From assembly GCA_038087875.1 (NCBI GenBank), contig CM075988.1, positions 6,262,001 through 6,326,000 of the forward strand: a DNA stretch of 64,000 nt, read 5' to 3'. Below, one piece after another: positions 13,029 to 24,204 of this stretch. The notes below the pieces were generated by a model that was not told where the DNA came from, made no database searches, and was given only the letters and a program-made list of their open reading frames with translations. The stretch comes from Malacoraja senta (Eukaryota). Each line of letters begins with the position of its first letter. Position 1 is the first letter of the stretch. A program made the position numbers and the translations under genes.

Positions 13029-13169
13029 TTACCTCGAGGTTTAAACTTACCCGCTGGAGGAGCGCTGCTACTCCAACCGGTCGCTGCGCCATGCGTCTGA
13101 CATAATGACGCGCATGCGGCTGGACGGGGTCTTCTTCACGTAGTCACTCACGTGACTCCGAAGTAAAAT

Positions 13170-13272
13170 TGTCCCGTGTGTGTAGGATGGTGTTAATGTG
13201 CGGGGATCGCTGGTGGGCGCAGACTCGGTGGGCCAAAGGCCCTTTTTCCGTGCTGCATCTCTAAACTAAACC
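13170..13272 (+). mobile_element. HE1/V-SINE-like element, 3' half (split by DIRS)
   Basis: tgtcccgtgtgtgtaggatgg...ctctaaactaaa resumes the SINE where 9554 stops; compare the intact taaaattgtccc at 14455-14466. Confidence 0.9.
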
Positions 13273-13387
13273 ACACTGGGCTGCTCACTCTGCGATCCTC
13301 CATATTCTGTGCAATATTATCTCGCTATACATGACAAGCCTCCCTCCACCCTCAACTTTCATCCCTGCACTCCTCAATGTTGCACCT

Positions 13388-13700
13388 TTAGGCTTTAGAC
13401 TTTGGAGATACAGCATGGAAACTGGCCCTTCAGCCCACTGAGTCTGCGCCGACCAGCAACCATCCAGTACACTTGCACTACCCTACACACTGGGACAATT
13501 TACACTTTACAATAGCCAATTGACCTACAAATCTGTACGTCTTTGGAATGTGGTAGGAAACTGAAGGACCCGGAGAAAACCCACGCGGTCACAAGGAGAA
13601 CGTATAAACTCCACATAGACAGCACCCGAGGTCATGATCAAACCTGGGTCCCTAGCACTGTGAGGCACAGCTCTACCCGCTCTGCGCCACTGTGCCAACC
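13388..13700 (-). mobile_element. HE1/V-SINE-like element
   Basis: Near full-length reverse-complement match to the other copies. Confidence 0.88.
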
Positions 13701-13779
13701 TCTCCCTCAATACCCGCATTTGTTACCTTGTATCTCAGTACAGCAAACTTGTGTCTGCTCTCAGGCCCAGTATATAGAA

Positions 13780-14190
13780 TTATGAGAGTCATAGATAGGG
13801 TAGACAGTAGGTACATTTTTTCTAAGGTGGAACTGTCAAAAGAGTAGCAAAGTGTAAAGGAGACATGCGGGGCAGGTTTATTACACAGAAAGTGCTGGGT
13901 GCCTGGAACACACTGCGAGGTGTTGTAGTGGGGACCGATTTGACAGCATTAAAGAATAGATAGGCAAATGGACATGCAGGGAATAGAGGGAAATGGATCA
14001 TTTGCAGGCAGAGGAGATTAGTTTATCATGGCATCATCTTTAAGATGTTAAATCGGTCCCCACTCATGTTTTAAGGATATGGATTATGCGCAGGTAGATA
14101 AGAGATGGTCTTGGCATTGTGTTGGCCACAGTCATTTGATTGTGGCTGAAAAGAGCCTGTTCCTGTGCTATACAGGGTAATGCTCTATGT
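13780..14190 (+). mobile_element. Degenerate CR1 3' fragments
   Basis: CR1 ORF-end and 3' UTR motifs (tggaac..ctg, atggatcat..gcaggcagag..gcctgttcctgtgct). Confidence 0.7.
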
Positions 14191-14267
14191 TCTCAGACCC
14201 CTTTGTCCTCCTCAGCGGCCCTCCGTGACTGCACTTCCTTCATTTACCTCTTTATTCAGAACCACAC

Positions 14268-14545
14268 GGGTGGCACGGTGGCGCAGCGGTAGAGTTGCTG
14301 CCTTACAGCGCCAGAGACCCAGGTTCAATCCTGACCACGGGTGCTGTCTGTATGGAGTTTGTATGTTCTCCCCGTGACCTGCATGGGTTTTCTCCGAGAT
14401 CTTCGGTTTGCTCCCACACTTCAAAGTTTGTAGGTTATTTGGCTTGGTATAATGTAAAATTGTCCCGAGTGTGTGCAATGTGGGGGAATCACTGGTCGGG
14501 CCTGTTTCTGCACTGTACCTCTACACTAAACACTGCTAAACTTCA
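14268..14545 (+). mobile_element. HE1/V-SINE-like element
   Basis: A and B boxes, V domain and partly deleted tail. Confidence 0.88.
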
Positions 14546-15394
14546 CTAAATTACACAGAATTCACATCATCCCTCGATTCGCCGTGACATCTGTGCTCGC
14601 CCTTTACAAAGACGTCCACTGAAAGAGCGACGTACCCCTTGAAACAAGAGTGCCTGCACTTTTAAAAAAGGAAATAAGTAATCACTGTTATTAAAGTAAA
14701 TGGCCATTGCTTCTCCAACCAACAGGTATTACAGAACCCAGGCTCCTTGTTCTCACTGCAGCCTCCGAATAAGCACTGCCCAGCACTGAGCATTAATTAA
14801 AGCCATATTAGAGTCCAAAGTACAAAATGCATTTTTAATTTAAATGTACTCGCTTGGACCTGCAGAAACGTCCATGAGTGTCAATTAGAAGACAGCAGGG
14901 TTCAGGATTTTTTTTTTAACATGAACAATATTGGGATTGTAGTCTTTGTGAAAGGAGGAGCTGATTAAAGTGGACCAGGGCGACTTGTTTCCTTTTTAAT
15001 TAAGACTTGAGTTGGCTCTGCTGCGAAAGCCGCCGCCTTGTCCTAACCTAATTGCAGGGCGATGGTGCTGGTCTGATCTGTGGGGATTTATTTTGTTTTC
15101 GAGAGTGAAGTTGTTCTCCAGATTTTGCCGCTTCGTGGGGAGATTGGGGCCGAGCTGGGGCCGAGCTCTTGAGCTTCCAAAGATAAGAGTGAATCTGTGT
15201 GTGTGTGTGTGTGCCCTCGGCCAAAGCTTGCTAATCAGGTTAACCTGTTACCGTGACAAATGGAGGAATGCGTCACGGCGGAGTGCTTTGTTGCCATAGG
15301 GTGTGTTCACTCAATGCCCAGTTTTGGGTCGAGAGCACAGCTTACACTTAAAGAAACATTCCCTCAGCTCTGTGCCCACAAAGGTATGCAAAAT

Positions 15395-15965
15395 TTTCCG
15401 GGGTTATGTCCGCGCCCGGGGGGTTTTAGAGAGGGACTACCCGCTGTCCACAGGCGCGCTGGGGGATTTCTGGGACCGCGGGACGTGTAATGCATTCTTA
15501 CTAAACGGCCTGTCCCACTTGGGCGTCATTTACGCGACATCATTTATGTGTCACGACGCACGACGCGCTCGTCATGCCGCGCACGTGACATGCGCATGGT
15601 GTGCATTACGCGCACATGGTGCGTGGTGACGTAGGCAGTGACGCGCAGTCGCGCGCGGCGCCCCAGGATTTTGGGATGTACAAAATCTTCGTGCGCCATC
15701 TGCGTGACGCGCAAATGATGCCCAATTGGGAGAGGCCCTTCAGGATGGGGAAATGTTTGAGAAAGAACTGCAGATGCTGGAAAAATCAAAGGTAAACAAA
15801 AATGCTGGAGCATTTTCTTCAGCATTTTTGTCTACCAAGGATGTGGAAATAGTGATTTAAGAATATTTGTCTTATTTGTTCTATGGTGGTGGGTTTTGTT
15901 TTGAATCATTTAGTAGTGTATATATTATGGTAAATAATTGAATACATTATTGTTGGTTAAAAACA
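15395..15965 (+). mobile_element. Tx1/L1-like LINE 3' end carrying two nested insertions
   Basis: FRGYVRAR..LERDY.LSTGALGDFWDR C-terminus with an AT-rich UTR and A tail. Related copies at about 48120-48563 (+) and 56285-56655 (-). Confidence 0.7.
15505..15739. mobile_element. PIF/Harbinger-type MITE
   Basis: TIRs acggcctgtcccacttgggc and gcccaattgggagaggccct, inserted after TAA; CpG-rich, nearly palindromic body. Confidence 0.8.
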
Positions 15966-16127
15966 AAAGCATTCAAACTGCTGGACTGGGTTCCTGTAAG
16001 GTATTGGGGGTGAAGGAGGAGGGGGGGGTCAAATAGTGGGACTCCGGTTCCCCATGTCAATGGGCAAATGACCCTTGGCACACAACACCATTCACACACA
16101 TTGGATCAAATGGAATTCCGTTGCCTC

Positions 16128-16225
16128 AGTCTGAAGAAGGGTTTCGGCTCGAAACGTTGCCTATTTCCTTCGCTCCATAGATGCTTCCGCACCCGCTGAG
16201 TTTGTCCTGCACTTTTGTCTACCTT
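16128..16225 (+). mobile_element. Penelope-derived terminal repeat with hammerhead-like motif
   Basis: ctgaaga-agggtttcggctc-gaaac-gtt at 16131-16158, followed by the common downstream segment. Confidence 0.7.
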
Positions 16226-16522
16226 CCATTTCCTCACCATGTTTCATTCCCACTCAGCTGAGAAAACTCAATCAATCTCGGCCTTCCGAATTTCAATTGT
16301 CCCTCAGCTTGTTTGGGCAGAGACCTGTGAATCCCCTACAGCTCCTTCATGAAGGTGCTGGAGATCTGACTGAATGGTGGAACAGGTTAGGGGATGTTTT
16401 TATGTTTAGGTTCGTTGTTGCCACCTGTACAGAGTTACAGCAAAAAGTTGTTTTTTTTGCGTGCGATCCAATCAAATCAAATAATACTGTAGATAAATAC
16501 AATTAGGCTAAACTCGTACAAA

Positions 16523-16935
16523 AGGTTCATAAGTTCATACGTCATAGGAGCAGAATTAGGCCATTTGGCCCATCAAGTCTACTCCGCCATTTAATAATGG
16601 CTGATCTATCTTTCCCTCTCAACCCCATTCTCTTGGCCTTCTCCCCATAACCCTTAACAAGAATGTGTTGATCTCTGTCTGTGGCAATGAATTCCACAGA
16701 TCCACCATCCTCCGGCTAAAGAAATATCTCCTCATCTCCTTTTTAAAGATAGTACTTTTATTCTGAGGCTGTGCTCTCTGGTCCAAGAGTCTTCCACTAG
16801 TGGAAGCATCCTCTTCACATCCCCTCTATCCATGCCTTTCACTATCCAGGTAAGTTTCAATGAGATCCCCCCTTTATCTTTCTAAACTGCAGTGAATACA
16901 GGCCCAGTGCTGTCAAACGCTCATCATATGTTAAC
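16523..16935 (-). mobile_element. CR1 LINE 3' fragment
   Basis: Reverse complement of the CR1 ORF end and 3' UTR with (ttcataag) tail repeats. Confidence 0.88.
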
Positions 16936-18231
16936 CACTAAAAGATACAGCAAGAACAAAGGTACCCGAGAACAGAATATATTTCTCAGCATCGTACTGT
17001 AACGGCCCGGACAAAAGTCCAATGTCCGCAAAGAGGTAGGTTGGAGAATTGGGATAGTACGCTAGCTCATGGAAGGACATCTCAAAAACCTGATAACAGA
17101 GGGGGAGAAGCTGATCGCGAGTCTGGTGGTGCACACTTTCAAGCTTCTGCACAGTACAGAACCTGGGGGGAGCAAACAACATGCATATCAGGGAATGAAG
17201 GGACATGGATCATGTGCAGGCAGAGAAGGCTAGTTTACCTTGGCATCGTGTTCAGCACAGACATTGTGGGCCGAAAGGCCTGTTCCTGTGCTGTACTGTT
17301 CTATGCTCTACGTTCTAAGGCAGCCCCCCGCTGGACGTCCAATTCCTGCTTCGTTTCTCCAGGTGGATGTCAGAATAGGCCTCGTGACTTGTGTTTCCTC
17401 AACATTAATCACCTTCATTCCCACTTTACGTACAGACATGAAACCTCCATTCATTCATGACGCAGAGATTTTACTATGTGGAAGGGACGTATGAATGGAA
17501 GTCTTGTTGACCTGCTGAGGAAGGCCATATATGGTGCATAAATATACATTGATCTTCCCACCCAGATAAACGAGGGAAAATTACGAACGACCGCCCACAT
17601 GTAAATGCCTACTTCCTTAAAGTGAGCTGCGGAACTGTACACATTAAGTTATTCATGTGAAAGACGTGCAACCAAATTCCTCGTCACACAAGAGCTCTCC
17701 TGTAGCTGGCACTTATTTTTCTGGTGAGAGTTGGCATGGACACTATGGGTAAGGTTTGCATCACTTCCGCACACCGTCTCCTCCGTCCAGGGGGAGGTGT
17801 TTAGCCTGAGGGTACTTCAGGTCAAATCTACGTCGAGTTTCCACTCACATCCTCAAACCTCCTGCTTTCCCGAGAGCTCACAGCAGTTCCTTTGCTTTTC
17901 TTTCCCACTTTCCTCTCTCCCTCAGCAGGTCCTTCATTGTTATTCTGTTTCAACTATCGACAGCATTACAGTGGGTGGCACGGTGGCGATATGGCATTAA
18001 AGAAGCTTTCAGATAGCCACATGGACATGCAGGGAATGGAGAGGAATGGATCATTTGCAGGCAGAGGAGATTAGTTTACCTTGGCATCAATGTTCGCTAC
18101 AGACATCATGGGCCAGAGAGTCCTGTGCTGTACTGTGTAATGCTGTATGCTCTAGAACCCCTTTGTCCACCTCAGTGGCCTTGTGTGACAGCACTTCCTT
18201 CAGTTATTTCTGTATGGCGAACTACCGTAAG

Positions 18232-18520
18232 GGGCGGCGCGGTGGCACAGTGGTAGAGTTGCTGCCTTACAGTGCCAGAGACCCAGCTTCCATCCTGACT
18301 GCGGGTGCTGTCTGTACGGAGTTTGTACTTTCTCCCTGTGACCTGCGTGGGTTTTCTCCGAGATCTTTGGTTTCCAAAGACATACAGGGTTGTAGGTTCA
18401 TTGGCTTCTGTAAATTGTAAACTGTCCCTAGTGTGTACAGTGTATGGGGATCACTGGTCGGCGCGGATTCGGATCCTTGTTCCATGCTGTATCTCTTAAG
18501 TCTAAATCTCCAAAGTCTAA
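18232..18520 (+). mobile_element. HE1/V-SINE-like element (preceded by a CR1 tail at about 17990-18155)
   Basis: Head, V domain and tail match the other copies. Confidence 0.88.
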
Positions 18521-18899
18521 ATATCCCTTTCTGTCGCCAGTCCTTTACTCCATACAACCTACCTTGTGTAATAGGCTTCCCATCCTTGACTGGGATCCTC
18601 TTTGTTGCACAAATATGCAGCTTCCTACTACAAATCCAAGAGCCACCCTCATACAGAGAAATCTCATATGTATTTCCGACACCCTGCTTCTCACCTCTTC
18701 CCCAGAAGCTTTGTAGGATTGTAGTTAGTCAACTTGATTTGGCAGCCCAAACAGAAGCCACTTTCCTTGATCCACTAACTCTATTCTATTGCCATTGGAT
18801 TCACCCAATCCATGCACCCATCGCCCTCCCTGGCAACCAGTCCAACAGCCTATCCATCGCCATGGCAACTAATCCATCCACCTATCCCCCTCCCTGGCA

Positions 18900-18982
18900 A
18901 TCATTCCATCCACTCATCCATCCACTCGTCCATCCACTCGTCCATCCACTCATCCATCCACTCATCCATCCACTCATCCATC
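18900..18982. repeat. 12-bp minisatellite (catccactcatc)n
   Basis: About six tandem units read directly. Confidence 0.92.
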
Positions 18983-19039
18983 TCCGTAGCAACCAACCAA
19001 TCTGTCCATCCTTCTCTGAAGCTATGGTCTGAAGCAAAT

Positions 19040-19612
19040 TACCATCATGGTACCATATTGACCTTCTGTTCTTCCTCCAGTACCATTCCCAGACTTTGAC
19101 CTTTCCATAGCCCATGTACTGCTGAAACCTTCATCCATACCTTTCTTATACCCAGACCTGATTATTTCAATGCATTTCTACTAACCTCCCTCGGTCTATT
19201 CTCTGTAACATTGAGACCATCCAATACTTTGATTGCTGTATTTCACATCACACTCTTCCTTCTCCCCATCCTTCTGTACTTGAGGGCCTACATTGCTTCC
19301 AGGTTAAACAAAGCCTCAGTTTGTAAATTCTCATCCTCGTACCAGAATTTTCCCTGGATTGAAACCTTTCAGGCATGTGTACATCCTACATAAATTCCTA
19401 CATGCCATTTTCTTCCATCAGCCATCAGACTGTACTTTTGGGGGCAAAATGTCAGAATACCAGAATCTCCACTTAAAATCTCTCCAACTTTGTCCTCCTT
19501 TTGGGAAGAACCTAAAACCTTCTCTTTTGACCGACCTGCTGGCCCCACAGTCTAATGTCTTAAGCACCTTTAGTTAAGCACGTTGGGATATATTTGCTAT
19601 GGTAAAGTTGCC
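19040..19612 (+). mobile_element. Ancient, heavily decayed L2 LINE 3' end
   Basis: Residual [19 protein letters not shown], similar to the L2 motif LIHAF..SRLDYCNSL, and an L2-like tail taagcacgttggga. Confidence 0.6.
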
Positions 19613-19618
19613 AGGACT

Positions 19619-20107
19619 TAGACAATAGACAACAGACAATAGGTGCAGGAGCAGGCCATTCAGCCCTTTGAGCCAGCACCGCCATTCAATATGATCATGG
19701 CTGATCATCCCCAATCAGTACCCCGTTCCTGCCTTCTCCCCATATCCCCTGACTCCACTATCTTTAAGAGCCCTATCTAGCTCTCTCTTGAAAGTATCCA
19801 GAGAACCAGCCTCTACCACCCTCTGAGGCAGAGAATTCCACAGACTCACAACTCTCTGTGAGAAAAAGTGTTTCCTCGTTTCCGTTCTAAATGGCTTATC
19901 CCTTATTCTTAAACTGTGGGCCCTGGTTCTGGACTCCCCCAACATCGGGAACATGTTGCCTGTCTCTAGCGTGTCCAAACCCTTAACAATCTTATATGTC
20001 TCAATAAGATATCCTCTCATCCTTCTAAACTCCAGAGTGTACAAGCCCAGCCGCTCCATTCTCTCAGCATATGACATCCTGGGAATTAACCTTGTAAACC
20101 TACACTG
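19619..20107 (-). mobile_element. CR1 LINE 3' fragment
   Basis: 131-aa ORF RFTRLIP..GLYTLEFRRMRG..GVRGYGEKAGTGY, with 3' UTR and (attgtct) tail. Confidence 0.93.
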
Positions 20108-20109
20108 CA

Positions 20110-20530
20110 CTTGAGGGTCTGAGCTATAGGGAGAGGTTGAGCAGGGTGGGACTTTATTCCTTGGAGCGTAGGAGGATGAGAGGTGATCTTATAGAGGTGT
20201 ATAAAATCATGAGAGGAATAAATCGGGTAGGCGCACAGAGTCTCGACCAGATAGGGGAATTGAGAACCAGAGGACGTAGGTTTGAGGGTAAAGAGGGAAA
20301 CATTTAAAAGGAATCTGAGGGGTAACTTTTTCACACAAAGGGCAGTGGGTGTAAGGAAAAAGCTGCCAGTGGGTATCACAACATTTAAGAAGCAATTAGA
20401 CAGGTACATGGATGGGACATGTTTTGGGCCAAATGCAGGCTAGTGTAGAAGGGAACATGTTGGTCGGTATGGGCAAATTGGGCTGAAGGGCCTGTTTCCT
20501 TGCTGTATGAGTCTATGATGCTCTACGACT
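20110..20530 (+). mobile_element. CR1 LINE 3' fragment (different subfamily)
   Basis: LEGLSYRERL..LERRRMRGDLIEVYKIM followed by a gaagggcctgtttcc tail. Confidence 0.88.
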
Positions 20531-20951
20531 CTCTGTAAAGACGAACACCATTGTTTTTGAAGGCATAAGAGCCTTGCCTGTTCAGTTTTGGAAACTATGG
20601 TCAATCAGGGGTTAAGTGCGCGTAGAGCTAATCCTTTGCAGATGGTAATGGATTTCTTTTACCTGATTACACCAAGCAGCATGTCAGGAAATGAGACAGC
20701 TTGCTGTCTGTGCACGTGGCTTTCACATGAAACAAGCTTGTGCTCTCCTGAAGATTACGACTGTTGAGCGATATGTGATTCATTAGTGAGGAATCTTTGA
20801 TGCACAAACTCGGAAACCAAATGAAATCGTTGATTCGTTAGTCAGGAATCAGATTAATTGGAAGGAATTTTTGATCCCTTATTTGATTCAGTAATTAGAA
20901 ATCTTTAGTGATAAGAAGTCTTAGATTATTGTGAATCGTAGAGTCTTAGAT

Positions 20952-21213
20952 GGGGGTGCGGCACGGTGGCGCAGTGGTAGAGTTGCTACCTTACAGCGCT
21001 TACAGCGTCGGAGACTCGGGTTCGATCCCGACTACGGGTGCTGTCCGTACGGAGTTTGTACGTTCGCCCCGTGACCGCGTGGGTTTTCTCCGAGATCTTC
21101 GGTTTCCTCCCAAACTCCAAAGATGTATAGGTATGTAGGTTAATTGGCTTGTAATTGTAAATTGTCCCTAGTGTGTGTAAGATAATGTTAATGTGCGGGG
21201 ATCACTGGTCGGC
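20952..21213 (+). mobile_element. HE1/V-SINE-like element, 5' part (split by a LINE; remainder at 22644-22695)
   Basis: SINE head and V domain; breaks at actggtcggc and resumes after the duplicate at 22634-22643. Confidence 0.9.
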
Positions 21214-22608
21214 CGCTCCTGTGCCGGGCAGCTACTGAACCTCACCCAACACATTGAGGACGGTTTCGAGTGCAAACTCATCACCGGAGCAGCTTTCATA
21301 GACCTCACCGCTGCTTACGACACTGTCCAGCACCGCACCATGATCAGGAAACTTTTTGACATGACTGGTGACCTCGACCTGTGCCAAGTCATCAAAAGCC
21401 TTCTAAACAACAGGCGCTTCTTCGTCCAACTAAACGACAAGAAGAGCAAATGGAAAGCCCAAAAGAATGGCCTACCACAAGGCAGCGTACTGGCCCCCCT
21501 CCTCTTCAACATCTACACCAATGACCAACCACTTCCCCCACAATGCCGCCGCTTCATCTATGCTGATGACCTCTGCATCACCACCCAACAGGAGAACTTC
21601 CAGAAGATTGAGCCTGTCCTGGAAAGCGCCCTCCAAGAGATGACAACCTACTACAATAACAACCACCTGAAACCCAACCCATCAAAAACCCAACTATGCA
21701 GCTTCCATCTTAAAAATCGAGATGCAGGAAAACAACTGAGCGTCTCATGGGATGGCCACAAACTCTCCAACCACTTCCACCCCGTGTACCTCGGAGTCAC
21801 ACTCGACAGGACACTCTCTTTCAAAACCCACCTTCAGAACACCAAAGCCAAGGTAAACAGTCGCAACAACATCCTGCGCAAACTGGTAAACTCAAAGTGG
21901 GGCGCTGATCCACCAACCATCCGTGCAACTGCCCTAGCCCTGTGCTTCTCCACAGCTGAATACGCGTGCTCAAGCTGGAGCCGCTCCCACCACACCAAAC
22001 TGGTTGACACAGCCCTCAATGACACCTGCCGCATTATCACGGGATGCATAAAGACAACGCCAGTCCCGTGCCTCTACGCCCTAGCTGGTATTGCCCCCCC
22101 CCCCCCCCCCCATATCATACGATCCATCGTCGCCCAAGACGAGCGGAGAGCACAGGAGATCGATACTAGGCACCCCCTGCACGGACACACAGCACCTCCA
22201 CCCCGACTGAAATCCAGAGCCAGTTTCTTGCAGACAGTCCCACCTCTCCAGACAACCAAACAAACAGCAAGGACCAACATCTGGAAAGATGAATGGAACC
22301 AGCTCAACACACGAGTCCACGACTGGATGGAGAGAGGAATCACTCCGACTGAATGCCTCGCCAGCGGGCACGACCTTCCATGGCCAACCTGGAAGACCCT
22401 CAACAGATTACGAGTGGAGCAGGGGAGGTGTAAAGCACTTATGAAAGCATGGAACTACCAGGCAGAAGACACATACAGCTGTGGAGCAGTACAGACAATG
22501 TCCCACCTACTGGAGTGTGACGACGCCCCCCAGTGCAGCCCCCAGGACCTGGCTGAACCGACTCGACCAGCTGTGATCTGCGCCAGATACTGGCAGAACG
22601 ACATCTGA
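21214..22608 (+). CDS. Non-LTR reverse transcriptase (partial, about 464 codons)
   Basis: FIDLTAAYDTV, NGLPQGSVLAPLLFNIY, FIYADDL, YLGVTLD and a C-terminal Cys/His motif. The first 7 residues in the ORF track come from the flanking SINE. Confidence 0.9.
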   Translation, partial: RSCAGQLLNLTQHIEDGFECKLITGAAFIDLTAAYDTVQHRTMIRKLFDMTGDLDLCQVIKSLLNNRRFFVQLNDKKSKWKAQKNGLPQGSVLAPLLFNIYTNDQPLPPQCRRFIYADDLCITTQQENFQKIEPVLESALQEMTTYYNNNHLKPNPSKTQLCSFHLKNRDAGKQLSVSWDGHKLSNHFHPVYLGVTLDRTLSFKTHLQNTKAKVNSRNNILRKLVNSKWGADPPTIRATALALCFSTAEYACSSWSRSHHTKLVDTALNDTCRIITGCIKTTPVPCLYALAGIAPPPPPHIIRSIVAQDERRAQEIDTRHPLHGHTAPPPRLKSRASFLQTVPPLQTTKQTARTNIWKDEWNQLNTRVHDWMERGITPTECLASGHDLPWPTWKTLNRLRVEQGRCKALMKAWNYQAEDTYSCGAVQTMSHLLECDDAPQCSPQDLAEPTRPAVICARYWQNDI

Positions 22609-22633
22609 GATTGCAATGGACTCGAAGAAGAAG
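21214..22633 (+). mobile_element. Young Daphne-like (L2/CR1 group) LINE, 5'-truncated
   Basis: Uninterrupted RT ORF to the stop at 22606-22608, a very short UTR, a (gaa)n tail and a 10-bp TSD actggtcggc at 21204-21213 and 22634-22643. Clade name is from motif recall. Confidence 0.88.
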
Positions 22634-22724
22634 ACTGGTCGGCACGGACTTGGTGGCACCTGTTTCCGCGCTGTAATATCTCTAAACTAAACGAAATTCA
22701 TTAAAAATGTTTGATTAATTTCAG

Positions 22725-23015
22725 GCGGCACGATGCCTTACAGTGCCAGAGACCCGGGTTCAATTCCGACTGCGGATACTGTCTGTACGCAGTTTGCATG
22801 TTCACTCTGTGACTGCTTGGGGTTTCTCCGGGTGCTCCGGTTTCCTCCCACAATGCAAAGACATGCAGGTTTGTGGGTTAATTGACTAGGGTCACATTTT
22901 TTATTATCCCTAGCGTTTAGGATAGTGTTAGTGTATGGAGTGATCACTGGTCGGCAAAGACTCGAGGGACCGAAGGGCCTGTTTCCGTGCTGTATCTCTA
23001 ACGCAAAGTCTAAAG
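22725..23015 (+). mobile_element. HE1/V-SINE-like element
   Basis: B box, V domain and tail. Confidence 0.85.
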
Positions 23016-23620
23016 TATAACGGTCAGTCAGCACCTGAGGAAAGAGAAACAATCAATGTTTCAGTCAGAAAATGTTCAGGCAAAAGTCTTTGATCTGAAT
23101 TGTTAACTCCTCTTCCTTCCACAGACGCTGCCAGACCAACTGAGCATTTAATTTCAGATTTCCAGCATCTGCACTTGCTCGATTAACACTCAACGCAGTG
23201 TAACGAGAGAAGGATGATTGCAGCATACATGCATGACATCAATCCCAGCATTGGCTCCAGGTGTGATAGCAAGGGAATTACTCCGTCATTCCAGCCAGGA
23301 ATAGGTCACTATTTATATGCCGCAGAGCAACGCTAAGATCTTGATGGTTGAAGGAGTTAAAAGACTGACTGTGGGGAATGATTAGGTGGCAAAGTTACAT
23401 GCCAGAGGGCTGCACCCAGAACGGAAAACAACCACATCAAGTCATTTTAATTAAAAATCTATTTTTACGCACCTGAGGCTGTTTTACAAGAAGAGGTTGT
23501 TGTGCTTTTGGACCTGCAGAGTCTGGGCAGAAGGCCAATCCAAAGCAGCCTTCACCATACCATCAGGGAGCCATCACGTTCATCTGGCAATGATGTTATA
23601 GGATGGTCTTTTAAGTGTTA

Positions 23621-24146
23621 AGGGGCTGTCCCACTTGGGCGACCTAATTGGCAAGTTTAGAAGAGTTTGAAAAAATGTCATGTTGAAGACCTCCTTCCAC
23701 CTCCTTCGACTATGTTGAAGACTAGCTTCGACTAGCTACGAAATTGGACACCGAATAGTGGACAGTGAAGATGACCTCCTTTGATCTCCTTCGACCTCCC
23801 TTCGACTATGATGAAGACTATCTGCGACTACCCTCGACTACCTTCGACTACCCTCGAATACCTACGACTAACATGCCGACCTACTACGACCTACTATGAC
23901 TAAACCTACGAGTAAAAAAGTATCGATTTTTCCCATGGTGACCTTTTTTTACTCGCGGCCATTTTTTAACATATTGAAAAAAACGCCACGACCTAGCTGA
24001 GGCCTCGAGTACGCGGAGACCACTCTCGAGCAGGAAAGAGAGTTACGAAGACCTCCTACGACCTCATGTCGACCATGCTGCGAGTATGAGTCGAGGGCAA
24101 ACTCGCCAGAACTCGCGGATTAGGTCGCCCAAGTGGGACAGGCCCT
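23621..24146. mobile_element. PIF/Harbinger-type MITE
   Basis: TIRs aggggctgtcccacttgggcgacctaat and attaggtcgcccaagtgggacaggccct, TTA TSD at 23618-23620 and 24147-24149, internal (cttcgacta)-like repeats. Confidence 0.9.
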
Positions 24147-24204
24147 TTACTCTTGCCATTTGGTCTCCAGTTGTTTCAGTGGTAAGAGGTTGTGGAGGCC
24201 CGTG

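Larger units (their letters stand above)
9555..13169 (-). mobile_element. DIRS-type tyrosine-recombinase retrotransposon, internally deleted
   Basis: gag-like, RT/RNase H, partial methyltransferase-like and tyrosine recombinase C-terminal coding regions in DIRS order. Perfect 37-bp inverted repeat at 9620-9656 and 13106-13142, extending imperfectly to about 9594 and 13169. Confidence 0.95.

Noticed and set aside
17363..17488. Possible 126-nt phase-0 exon (tttctccag|GTG...GAC|gtatga) with an open frame
   Set aside because: The peptide VDVRIGLVTCVSS... is unrecognised, the donor is weak and no partner exons are seen. It needs RNA-seq or tblastn support.
18433..19032. 199-aa ORF
   Set aside because: Spans a SINE tail, unique DNA and a 12-bp minisatellite; no recognisable domain.
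19619..20530. Back-to-back CR1 pieces resembling a twin-primed inversion
   Set aside because: Both pieces cover the same 3' region and have different UTR types, so they are two independent subfamily insertions.
23690..23910. Short periodic repeats that could suggest a CRISPR-like array
   Set aside because: Degenerate 9-11 bp tandem units with no unique spacers, inside a MITE in eukaryotic DNA.
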